Origin: a virus
Virus record (IMG/VR): IMGVR_UViG_3300043395_000558
Location: 2,919 to 66,918 of that record
Reading direction: 5' to 3' (one strand)
DNA: 64,000 nucleotides
This document shows positions 1 to 7,479 of the stretch, piece by piece. The notes beneath the pieces were generated by a model, which worked only from the letters and a program-made list of their open reading frames with translations, was not told the DNA's origin and ran no database searches. The number at the start of each line of letters is the position of its first letter. Position 1 is the first letter of the stretch. Position numbers and translations under genes: made by a program.

Positions 1-201
1 AGACATGCGCTGTGCCGCAACACTCATCGCGGATGTTTTGAAGTCTTCTGCCATGAGCGCGGCCAGAGCGATAACGTCTGCTGCGGTGTAGTCAAGTTCT
101 GATTCTGAGAGCGTGCGCTTTGCACAACTGAAGTACGTTCGTGACGTATCAACAGCCTGCGTGAGTAGCGCCTCCCAGCTAGCTGAGATGCGGTGTGTCA
201 T
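1..201 (-). CDS. Hypothetical protein (3' end truncated by the window edge)
   Basis: ATG at 201 with GGAG RBS; frame MTHRISASWEALLTQAVD... stays open to the edge; promoter upstream. Confidence 0.65.
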   Translation of the reverse strand, partial: MTHRISASWEALLTQAVDTSRTYFSCAKRTLSESELDYTAADVIALAALMAEDFKTSAMSVAAQRMS

Positions 202-233
202 TGATTGGTTCTCCTAAAAATGATGGGCCACAC

Positions 234-262
234 AGGTTAAGTGAAGCCCGCGAAGTTGTCAA
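234..262 (-). promoter_or_regulatory. Sigma70-type promoter TTGACA-N17-TAACCT
   Basis: Perfect -35 (257-262), 17-bp spacer, -10 at 234-239, intergenic. Confidence 0.75.
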
Positions 263-272
263 GCGTTAGACT
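257..272. promoter_or_regulatory. Operator-like imperfect palindrome, family B (GTCTA-RCGN-TTGACA), copy 1
   Basis: TGTCAAGCGTTAGACT overlaps the -35; similar copies at 7362 and 54788. Confidence 0.6.
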
Positions 273-293
273 TTGGTTTGCATTTTGTATCTC

Positions 294-1400
294 TTAGGCC
301 TCCTTATAAACTTGGTCAAACATGCAACACAGGACTGTGTCGGGGTCATAGGTCTTGCAGTTATCCAGCGCCTCGGCCAGGACGTGGCCGTCTAGCTTGC
401 GCCGGTCGATGAACATCTCCGCCATCTCGGGGTCCTCGGGGTAAACAGTCTCGGCCAGCAGCTCCACAAGCCATTGCTTGTTACCGGCCATCGCGTCATA
501 GATTGCGTCACGCAAACCCTCCAGTTCCCATGCCTCGTCGTCATCGTCGAGCAGCCAATGGCTGCCGGAAAGAGAGCTGACACTGGTCGCTTTGCCCCAC
601 GCCCCCCAGTCCCCCCACTTGTCGGCGTAGGTTTCTTTGACTGTTGGGTCTCGGTCGGCGGGCAGCCCGTCCCAGTCGATGTTGACGATGCGTTCAGCCA
701 GGGCCAGGAAGTGCACGATGTCTAGCTCCTCTCGGTCGGTGTGCTCGTTGGCATAGCCGACTGATATGTTGGTGCACTCAGGAATAACATCGATGAACTC
801 TGCCGTATCTGTATACACACCCGTATCGTCGGGCAGATACATCAGCCGCTCATCCACAGTGAGTTCGTCCGACAGCGCCCGGGCAAACGTGTCCGAGGCA
901 GTACGACCCCACCCCTGGTGCGTGATGACGCTGTCAATACCCCGGCGGTCGAACGCAATAGCCCGGTCAAACTGGGAGAGAAGCGTGGTGTCACGCGCCA
1001 CATGCCGAGCACCGATACCGCCGCACTCCTCGCCTTGGGTAAATAGGTAGTATGCGTCTACACCGCTGTGAAGCAGGTGCATCAGCATCGCGCATCCTGC
1101 GCCATCATCTGCACCAAGCGGCGCACCCTCGGCATACCAATGCGTGTTGGTCTTCCTGATCTTGTTGGGGCCAGCCTTCTTGTGGACTGTGTCAACGTGT
1201 GCAGTGAACAGCGTGCGGTTGGTTGTGGATATGCGGGTGTCGATGTGCAGATTGCCTACCTCATCTCGGTGCACCTTGGCGTGTGCTGGTGCGTTTTGCT
1301 CCAGCCAGTCGGTCATGCGTCTAGTACCCTCGCTATTGTGTGGGCGCATCATGGAGAGTGCGCGAGCTAGGGTCTTGTGCAGGATAGAGTTCTTGTTCAT
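294..1400 (-). CDS. Zn-dependent peptidase, M28/M20 family
   Basis: Motifs AHVDTV, GADDGAG, GEECG, FDRRG, NISVGYANEHT; start after GGAGAAACATCC. Confidence 0.85.
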   Translation of the reverse strand: MNKNSILHKTLARALSMMRPHNSEGTRRMTDWLEQNAPAHAKVHRDEVGNLHIDTRISTTNRTLFTAHVDTVHKKAGPNKIRKTNTHWYAEGAPLGADDGAGCAMLMHLLHSGVDAYYLFTQGEECGGIGARHVARDTTLLSQFDRAIAFDRRGIDSVITHQGWGRTASDTFARALSDELTVDERLMYLPDDTGVYTDTAEFIDVIPECTNISVGYANEHTDREELDIVHFLALAERIVNIDWDGLPADRDPTVKETYADKWGDWGAWGKATSVSSLSGSHWLLDDDDEAWELEGLRDAIYDAMAGNKQWLVELLAETVYPEDPEMAEMFIDRRKLDGHVLAEALDNCKTYDPDTVLCCMFDQVYKEA

Positions 1401-1423
1401 GGATGTTTCTCCTAAGTTGGTGG

Positions 1424-2818
1424 TCATTCATTGTCCTGAGATTCAGGTGCCTCGTCGGGGTGATATGTCTCACCGTCAACCTCTACGTACTCGACGTTGT
1501 CGGTATACCACTTGTCGCTGTCATAGCACTGCCAGCAGTCCTCACGCAGCTCATACTGCTCGGTGTCCTCGGCGTAGCATATCTCGTCTGAGTCATCTGG
1601 GTACCACGCATCGGCTGACTCGATGAAGGTAGCGTTGTCACTGTGCGTGTACCCGCCGTCGTGCAGCTCGACGATGCCGTTGTCGTCAAGGTAGTCCTCG
1701 TCGTAGTACTCACCGTCAGCCTCAACGATGTAGTCGTTGTGCACATAGTACTGATACCCACGGCGGCCATACACATAGGTGTAGTTGTCGATACAGTTGT
1801 CGCACACAATCGTGTCCTCGCCACGACCCACGCAATTCTCATCGTCGTGGTCGTAGATAGCAGCACCGCAGTCCTCGCAGTTGCAAAGTGGTGCGCCGCA
1901 CTTGCCGTCTGTGTTGTCACAGCAGTACTCGCCGTTGGGGGATATGGTCAGGTACATGTCGCTGTAGATGTCAACTTGCCGCTCGTCGCCGTCAATGTAC
2001 GGAGCGAGGAACTCGTTGCTGTTGCCGCTGAGTTTGTAGTAACTCAGCTTGGCATCCTCTGGCCAGCCGCCCCGCTTCTCGAAGCCGATACTCTTGAGGT
2101 ACGCCTCGATAGCCTCGTCAACACCTGAGTGCGAACGCTCGTCCGGGTTGCGCTTGTACGAACGCACGAAGCATTTGTACTGCGTCTCCGGGTCGGTGTA
2201 GAGGAGACAGCGACCGAGTATCTTGCCGTTCTCCACACGCACAGCCATAGACCAGCCAAGCGCGGGGTCGTACACAGCGTAGGGGTGACGCTGCTCGCCG
2301 TCATCACAGCGGATGTTGAAGTGGCGAGTCATACAAGAACTGGGGCCGTTCATCACAGCCTCGATCATGTTGGGCAAGTAGTCAACGATCTCGATACTGC
2401 CTGAGTAGGTATGCCGCGCAACGATGTCACGCAACTCATGGTCAGGCATATGCGAGAAGTGACGGCGCAGATACTTACCCAGGGTAGTGATGGTCTGGCG
2501 ATCAGCCTCGCCCTTGCGCTCGTTCTCGGTGTACGCTACCCGGTTGGGGTCGGTGATGGACTTGTGCGGCCACTCAAGCAGCAACTGATGCCAGTCATCG
2601 GGGCGGTAGATCTCGAACGAGGAGTACACAGCGGGGTGGAACTGATGCTTGTCGTGCTCACGCTTGAACCAAGCACGCCCCTCGTAGCTTTGCTGGTAGA
2701 TGCGGTGTCCGTACTGGTCACGGACATACTCGTGGGTGTCACCCGCCACGATGCGGGCGGCATTGAAGAACATATCGGTGAACAGGCGTGCTTGTTCAAC
2801 ATTGCAGTGTTTACACAT
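1424..2818 (-). CDS. Phage protein with SCM/GRCLLY/PYIDG core and acidic CxxC-rich C-terminal domain
   Basis: 464 aa; RBS GGAGAAAGCAA; CEDC, CDNC and CWQC motifs in an Asp/Glu/Tyr-rich tail. Confidence 0.75.
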   Translation of the reverse strand: MCKHCNVEQARLFTDMFFNAARIVAGDTHEYVRDQYGHRIYQQSYEGRAWFKREHDKHQFHPAVYSSFEIYRPDDWHQLLLEWPHKSITDPNRVAYTENERKGEADRQTITTLGKYLRRHFSHMPDHELRDIVARHTYSGSIEIVDYLPNMIEAVMNGPSSCMTRHFNIRCDDGEQRHPYAVYDPALGWSMAVRVENGKILGRCLLYTDPETQYKCFVRSYKRNPDERSHSGVDEAIEAYLKSIGFEKRGGWPEDAKLSYYKLSGNSNEFLAPYIDGDERQVDIYSDMYLTISPNGEYCCDNTDGKCGAPLCNCEDCGAAIYDHDDENCVGRGEDTIVCDNCIDNYTYVYGRRGYQYYVHNDYIVEADGEYYDEDYLDDNGIVELHDGGYTHSDNATFIESADAWYPDDSDEICYAEDTEQYELREDCWQCYDSDKWYTDNVEYVEVDGETYHPDEAPESQDNE

Positions 2819-2837
2819 TTGCTTTCTCCTTTTGTTG

Positions 2838-3050
2838 TTACACATTCATTTCACGATTACGCACATCGCGCATGTGCTTCTTGTAGAACTGAACGAACAG
2901 TTCATCAAACGCAGAGAGAAGTTTCTCTCTGTTACTCAGGTCGGCGACATAGAACGCACGAGCTATGTGCCCAGCGAAACTACCGCCCTCACTCTCCATC
3001 ATGCGTGCCGCACGCAGCAGCATGTCGTGGTCTAGTTGCATTGCTTTCAT
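2838..3050 (-). CDS. Hypothetical protein
   Basis: 70 aa, RBS GGAGAAAGCAA. Confidence 0.75.
   Translation of the reverse strand: MKAMQLDHDMLLRAARMMESEGGSFAGHIARAFYVADLSNREKLLSAFDELFVQFYKKHMRDVRNREMNV
2912..2931. repeat. Palindrome family A, copy 1 (CAGAGAGAA-GT-TTCTCTCTG), intragenic
   Basis: 9-bp inverted arms, 2-bp spacer. Confidence 0.65.
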
Positions 3051-3208
3051 TTGCTTTCTCCTTCCGCTTTATTCAGCGCTTCCACAATGGTTGCCGCTTC
3101 CCACTGAAACAGGCATGGCAGAGTTATTTCCTCATCACCACGCCCAACCACATAGGTAGGCCCAGCCCCCTCCTCATCGGTTCTTGCGTACCAATAACTA
3201 GCTTTCAT
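3047..3208 (-). CDS. Small hypothetical protein (53 aa, MKASYWYART...GESK), absent from the ORF track
   Basis: GGAGG RBS; ATGA overlaps with both neighbours. Confidence 0.65.
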   Translation of the reverse strand: MKASYWYARTDEEGAGPTYVVGRGDEEITLPCLFQWEAATIVEALNKAEGESK

Positions 3209-3459
3209 TGAATAACCTCCTGTTGAACTTGGTGCTTGCAGAGTATGGTGTACGTGCCACGCATACCCGCTAAAAAATCATCTATCGAAATGCCGTCCTC
3301 TATGGCGTAGTCTGCCGCCATCTTCGCTAGCACATGCAGCAGTATGTCTACCCGCAAGTCCTCCTCCCTGGGTAGCTTCAGGTCTACGATTGCCTGCGCT
3401 ATGGCGCGCTCCAGCTTTTGGAACAGTGCTACGTCTCGGTCTTCATCTTCTTGTGTCAT
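3205..3459 (-). CDS. Hypothetical protein
   Basis: RBS GGAGAAACGCA-ATG; ATGA overlap. Confidence 0.7.
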   Translation of the reverse strand: MTQEDEDRDVALFQKLERAIAQAIVDLKLPREEDLRVDILLHVLAKMAADYAIEDGISIDDFLAGMRGTYTILCKHQVQQEVIQ

Positions 3460-3653
3460 TGCGTTTCTCCTTTCAAGTTGTCTCGTACCCATGTCGCTAG
3501 CAGGTTGGCAGTGAGCGCCGCATCCTTTACGTCCTCGAAGTATTCAGTCCCGTAGATAGCCGGGTCTTCGAGGTAGTTCTCCAAGTCTCGTGCGATACAC
3601 GAGGTCAGGCTTTGAATCTGACGCAGAGCGTCATGGAGGTTCTTTGGTTTCAT
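3456..3653 (-). CDS. Hypothetical protein
   Basis: RBS AGGAGAAA; ATGA overlap. Confidence 0.7.
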   Translation of the reverse strand: MKPKNLHDALRQIQSLTSCIARDLENYLEDPAIYGTEYFEDVKDAALTANLLATWVRDNLKGETQ

Positions 3654-3669
3654 TTAATTTCTCCTGTGG

Positions 3670-4038
3670 TTAATCAAAGTCAAGGTCTGCGCCAACAAAG
3701 TACAGCTCTCTGCCGTCCTTTAACTGGGCGAAGCAAAACGCATGGCTGTCGGGCTCGGCGGGGTCGTCACCTATCACCGCACCATCTAGTTCCCGGGCAG
3801 TGATATAAATGGTGGGCTCTCCCAGATGGTCGTAGTTCCTGAACGAAGCAGAGGCCGGGATAGACACACCCTCCTGTGCAAGGTCGTCCCGCATACGCAC
3901 AGGGCGCATCTCCCATTGCGGGTCTTCCTCCTCTACCTCAACACGAATGAATCGAGCGCCATCGAATATCTGGATCACTTCATAGTCAATGCCCAACTCG
4001 TCCAGAGCAATGTAAATTTCCTGTGCTGTCATCTCCAT
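3670..4038 (-). CDS. Hypothetical acidic protein
   Basis: 122-aa ORF within the early operon. Confidence 0.7.
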   Translation of the reverse strand: MEMTAQEIYIALDELGIDYEVIQIFDGARFIRVEVEEEDPQWEMRPVRMRDDLAQEGVSIPASASFRNYDHLGEPTIYITARELDGAVIGDDPAEPDSHAFCFAQLKDGRELYFVGADLDFD

Positions 4039-4115
4039 ACTCCTACATCTAACATCAACACAATCAGTGCTACGAGTAGCACCACCCGAATTACTTTCTC
4101 CTCTGTTGTCAGCAT
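4029..4115 (-). CDS. 28-aa single-TM membrane peptide (MLTTEEKVIRVVLLVALIVLMLDVGVWR)
   Basis: RBS GGAGAAACGCA; fills the gap between neighbouring genes; one hydrophobic helix. Confidence 0.65.
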   Translation of the reverse strand: MLTTEEKVIRVVLLVALIVLMLDVGVWR

Positions 4116-4363
4116 TGCGTTTCTCCTTCCATGTACAAAGTCAATGCGCTACCCGAGTAGTTGCCGAAGTCATAGTTGGTCATGACTAGGTTCTCAATCT
4201 CGTAGTTGTCTAGCTTTCTGCCCTTGAGGTATGCGCCCAGGGGTATCACGCCGTTGATGTGGCGTGACCTGTCGCTGAACAGTATGTGTTCATCCTCGAC
4301 CACGGCAACCATGCGTTGCCCGTGTTGGTCGTAGTGCCTGCCTGTATTCCACTGGTGTTTCAT
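4109..4363 (-). CDS. Hypothetical protein
   Basis: 84 aa, ATGA overlap with upstream gene. Confidence 0.7.
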   Translation of the reverse strand: MKHQWNTGRHYDQHGQRMVAVVEDEHILFSDRSRHINGVIPLGAYLKGRKLDNYEIENLVMTNYDFGNYSGSALTLYMEGETQC

Positions 4364-4599
4364 TTCTTCTTCCCTTCAAAGTAACCCAGCCATTGCGTGC
4401 CATCTACCTGGGGTTGGTAGAAGTTGATCTCGTAGTTGGTGTCGTGTGACACCGGCACATAGAACAGATTGAATGGGTTGCCCTCCTTCTCCATGTGTGT
4501 GAGCAGTTGCCTGAGCGTGCGGTCTGGCGTGGTTGTTATCCATGTCATTGCACTAGCGGCAAAGTAATGTGACTTGGTGTTGTCGTGGTTCATCTTCAT
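4360..4599 (-). CDS. Hypothetical protein
   Basis: 79 aa, RBS GGAGAAAGCAA. Confidence 0.75.
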   Translation of the reverse strand: MKMNHDNTKSHYFAASAMTWITTTPDRTLRQLLTHMEKEGNPFNLFYVPVSHDTNYEINFYQPQVDGTQWLGYFEGKKK

Positions 4600-4611
4600 T
4601 TGCTTTCTCCT

Positions 4612-4782
4612 TCAGTGGTCGGTGTTGGTATTGAGGTCAACGAACGGATGCTCGTCGTTCAGGAACGAATCGTCGAGGTCGACAAGCGTGAGCCTGTCGC
4701 CTGCATCCCACACATAGACCTCAAGGTCAGCGGCTTCGGGCGGCAGGGCAGTCAACGCCGCAATCAGTTCTCTCACTTTCAT
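4612..4782 (-). CDS. Hypothetical protein (56 aa, MKVRELIAAL...)
   Basis: RBS GGAGAAAGCAA; ATGA overlap. Confidence 0.7.
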   Translation of the reverse strand: MKVRELIAALTALPPEAADLEVYVWDAGDRLTLVDLDDSFLNDEHPFVDLNTNTDH

Positions 4783-5039
4783 TTGCTTTCTCCTTTGATG
4801 ACGAAGCTGAACAGATGGTCGGGCAACGGGTCTTTCCACCCCTTGGGGTACACCACAGCGAGCGCATCGAAGTCACCCAACTCCTCGCTTGTGTACTCCT
4901 TGCCGACAAAGTTAATGTCGTACTCGTCCCATATAACCCAGTCATCGAACGATGCGAGCGTTGTGTCATAGAACTCACGCTCGGACACCACGCCTCGCAC
5001 ATAGCCTTCGGCAAAGGCTTTCACTTTCTCCTGACTCAT
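4779..5039 (-). CDS. Hypothetical protein
   Basis: 86 aa, RBS GGAGAAAGCAA. Confidence 0.75.
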   Translation of the reverse strand: MSQEKVKAFAEGYVRGVVSEREFYDTTLASFDDWVIWDEYDINFVGKEYTSEELGDFDALAVVYPKGWKDPLPDHLFSFVIKGESK

Positions 5040-5079
5040 TTGCTTTCTCCAGTTTCAGATGCCGCCACTTGAATACGCC

Positions 5080-5096
5080 AGAGAGAATTTCTCTCT
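5080..5096. repeat. Palindrome family A, copy 2 (AGAGAGAA-T-TTCTCTCT), intergenic
   Basis: 8-bp arms; adjacent to an 8-bp hairpin at 5103-5128. Confidence 0.75.
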
Positions 5097-5144
5097 AGCA
5101 TCGGCTGTGCGGGCGGCGTAGCACAGCCTAAAAAACTAACCCGG

Positions 5145-5807
5145 TCAAACCATCTCGGCACTACGCATCACCTCTTGCCAACTGTTGGGGATGTGCTCGC
5201 CCAGGGGTATCTCGTGGATGCAGGCAATGGCACGCTTGAGCGTGTCTGCCTTCTCTGTCTCGCCTTTGTCTAATGCGGTGTGCATCTGCAAGCGTGTGTT
5301 GCGTAGCAGGCGACTCTTTCTGCGGTCATACAAGACCAGCGGTAGCCTGCGCTCAAAGGGTTGCTTCACCTTGGCGTGTGCCCTGGTCGGTATGGCGCTC
5401 GCCGCCTCCTCAAAAGCCTGCCGCACACGGGCGGGTACGAAATCAACCCAATGGCTGTGCGGTGGGGGCTTGTACTCTTTGCGTTGCTTGGCCAGTCGTG
5501 CATACAGGGAGTTGAGTAGCGTGGCGTATTGGTTGATGAAGTCGTCCCGTTCAGGGGCAGGCTCGGTCGTTTTGTACCGCATCATCGAGCGCACAACCCG
5601 GCGCTCATGTTGCAAGGCCTCGATCACCTCGCCCCACGCCTCATCGTTTTTCCGGCGGGATAATTTCAGGCGTGTTGCCTCCGCCCTGGCCGCTCTGACT
5701 GCGGTGAGTGTCTGCCCTATGATTTCTTCGGGCATATCGTTGGCACGCAAGTCCCACTCAATGTCCCGGTATGTCCTGCCTTTGTACTTGGCTACAAGAT
5801 CGGTCAT
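5145..5807 (-). CDS. Hypothetical basic helical protein
   Basis: 220 aa, GGAGAAATC RBS. Confidence 0.75.
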   Translation of the reverse strand: MTDLVAKYKGRTYRDIEWDLRANDMPEEIIGQTLTAVRAARAEATRLKLSRRKNDEAWGEVIEALQHERRVVRSMMRYKTTEPAPERDDFINQYATLLNSLYARLAKQRKEYKPPPHSHWVDFVPARVRQAFEEAASAIPTRAHAKVKQPFERRLPLVLYDRRKSRLLRNTRLQMHTALDKGETEKADTLKRAIACIHEIPLGEHIPNSWQEVMRSAEMV

Positions 5808-5841
5808 GATTTCTCCGATGTAATGTTGATGGTGTTAAAAA

Positions 5842-6126
5842 CTGTCCGAGGTTATGCCCGACACGAGCCAACTTCGGACACGCTGAGAGCCGCATGAATA
5901 CTAGCATAGAAACATTTCTGTCCCCTAGTTCTACTGTTTTCAAACACAACTAAAGGGAAGACTTTTAATTGAAAGTTGTTGTAGGTGTGTGTATGAATGT
6001 GTTTATCTATATCTAATAATAGTATAGATAGATAGATAGAGAGGGACTGAAAGTCCCAGACGCAAGCATTCATGCGGGTTGGCGCGTGTCCGAGATTGAT
6101 TTGCGCAGGGCAAAACGAACGGACAG
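5842..6126. other. Putative replication origin: nested inverted repeats around an AT-rich core
   Basis: 31-bp imperfect IR at 5875-5905/6062-6092; CTGTCCG/CGGACAG at 5842/6120; GATA tandem repeats; non-coding. Confidence 0.5.
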
Positions 6127-6148
6127 TAAAAAAATGGGCAAAATGACG

Positions 6149-6376
6149 TCAGACTAGTGACCACTGGGTCAGTTGCGCCTTGCGTGCGAGGTAGGCATCG
6201 GCGGATGCGAAGGTTTCGCTCTTGCCGCCGACGTGGCAGAGGTTGATCCACCAGTAGCGCTTGTCGCCTTTGCCCTTGGGGTAGTAGATGGTGGCGAAGT
6301 AGCGGATGCCGTCTACGCCGGTGAAGCCCGAGTCGATGGGCTCAAGTGTGGGGATGTCGAGGTTACGCATGGTCAT
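6149..6376 (-). CDS. Hypothetical protein
   Basis: 75 aa, AGGAGA RBS, ATGA overlap. Confidence 0.7.
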   Translation of the reverse strand: MTMRNLDIPTLEPIDSGFTGVDGIRYFATIYYPKGKGDKRYWWINLCHVGGKSETFASADAYLARKAQLTQWSLV

Positions 6377-6555
6377 TCTCCTTGGTTGAGTTGGTACATT
6401 GCATCGATCACGGCAAGCCAGAACTTGCGCCCGTCTTCGTGGCTGTCGTACGAGAAAGCGTGGTCGCTTGCCCGTTCCTCTGGCGTGTACTTGCTGGTGC
6501 GGTACACGGACAGCATATGCTTGGCTGTGTCGAGTACCTTTTCTTCGTAGGTCAT
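6373..6555 (-). CDS. Hypothetical protein (60 aa, MTYEEKVLDT...)
   Basis: RBS GGAGAAACGTCC-ATG. Confidence 0.7.
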   Translation of the reverse strand: MTYEEKVLDTAKHMLSVYRTSKYTPEERASDHAFSYDSHEDGRKFWLAVIDAMYQLNQGE

Positions 6556-6627
6556 GGACGTTTCTCCAGTTGGTTGGGTTGTGGCTAGACAGGGAATGAA
6601 ACAGCGGGCCAGCCTCGCCCGCTGAGT

Positions 6628-6646
6628 CAGAGAGAAATTCTCTCTG
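6628..6646. repeat. Palindrome family A, copy 3 (CAGAGAGAA-A-TTCTCTCTG)
   Basis: 9-bp arms; next to a GC hairpin at 6602-6624. Confidence 0.8.
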
Positions 6647-6649
6647 TGA

Positions 6650-7051
6650 TTACTTGGCAACAGCACGCAGAACGGCGATAGCCTCGCCCACGCTGTCGAA
6701 CTTGGCCAGATACGCCTGCGCCGCCTTGCGTAGCTCGGGGCTGTAGCGTTTGCTCGTCTTCGGCTCAGTCTTCGTTTTGCCCTGCATAACGTGGTAGCGG
6801 AAGCCACTCGTCGCTCGGTCGATTGCTCCGGCGTTGATTGCCTCGGCGCCCTTGCCTGCCTCGATGATCGACTGCGCCTCTGAGAGAGAAATTCTCTCTC
6901 GCCCTGCGATGTAGCCCACCATGAACTCAAGCCGTATCTCTGCTTGCTTCTCGGGCTTTGCTTTGCCCCAGGACTTGCGGATAGATGCGGCGAGGGCTTC
7001 GGACTTGGCGTCGTTGTTGCCAATTGACTTGGCGGAAGTGCGGATGCTCAT
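6650..7051 (-). CDS. First gene of the early arm: small basic helical protein, candidate DNA-binding
   Basis: 133 aa from MSIRTSAK; RBS GGAGAAACATCC; contains palindrome A copy 4. Confidence 0.75.
   Translation of the reverse strand: MSIRTSAKSIGNNDAKSEALAASIRKSWGKAKPEKQAEIRLEFMVGYIAGRERISLSEAQSIIEAGKGAEAINAGAIDRATSGFRYHVMQGKTKTEPKTSKRYSPELRKAAQAYLAKFDSVGEAIAVLRAVAK
6882..6900. repeat. Palindrome family A, copy 4 (GAGAGAGAA-A-TTCTCTCTC), intragenic
   Basis: 9-bp arms, within codons for RERISLS. Confidence 0.8.
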
Positions 7052-7361
7052 GGATGTTTCTCCTGGTTGAGCTGTTGGCTGGGCGATATGCCTCGCATCA
7101 ACACTTCCAGTAAACCATATGGGGGTTTTAAACAAGGTCGAAACGTCCTGGCCGAACCCCACCATACCCCCACCCACCGAGATATTTGACGGCCAGGCTA
7201 GCCAGCCAGAACACTGTTTTGCACCCGCTCCCAGTATTCTGTAATACTTTTGTCTACTCTTTACAGCTCCGCACCCCAAATGTTGTAAACCACTTTTGGC
7301 CACTTTGTAAACTTAACCTACCCCACCTCCAAAATTTTTTATAAAAATTCCAGAACACCCC

Positions 7362-7377
7362 TGTCTAACGATTGACA
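7362..7377. promoter_or_regulatory. Operator-like palindrome, family B, copy 2
   Basis: TGTCTAACGATTGACA in the divergent control region. Confidence 0.6.
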
Positions 7378-7382
7378 GGCAT

Positions 7383-7411
7383 AAAAAAACCCCCGACATT
7401 TCTGCCGGGGG
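7383..7411 (-). terminator. Rho-independent terminator
   Basis: CCCCCGGCA-GAAA-TGTCGGGGG followed by T7 on the minus strand. Confidence 0.85.
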
Positions 7412-7479
7412 CTGAATGGGGGAGTCAACCCACCAATAGGAGAAAGCAAAGGGCAACTGCTAGACTTGCACCAATGCCG
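7383..7479 (-). ncRNA. Putative trans-acting sRNA (~97 nt) with anti-RBS seed UUUGCUUUCUCCUAU
   Basis: Own promoter (TTGCGG-N17-TACACT) and terminator; no ORF; seed at 7436-7450 is complementary to a repeated RBS; 5' end estimated. Confidence 0.65.

Noticed and set aside
5758-6251. Short ORFs across the origin-like region
   Set aside because: No RBS, low-complexity translation, overlap with inverted repeats
2816-6900. Early-region repeats as a CRISPR array or integron attC sites
   Set aside because: Spacing is irregular and gene-sized, repeats are only 14-20 bp, there are no RYYYAAC/GTTRRRY ends and no integrase
7240-7312. TGTCTACTCTTTACA and TGTAAA repeats as extra family B operators
   Set aside because: One base short and degenerate; cannot be supported without a PWM scan
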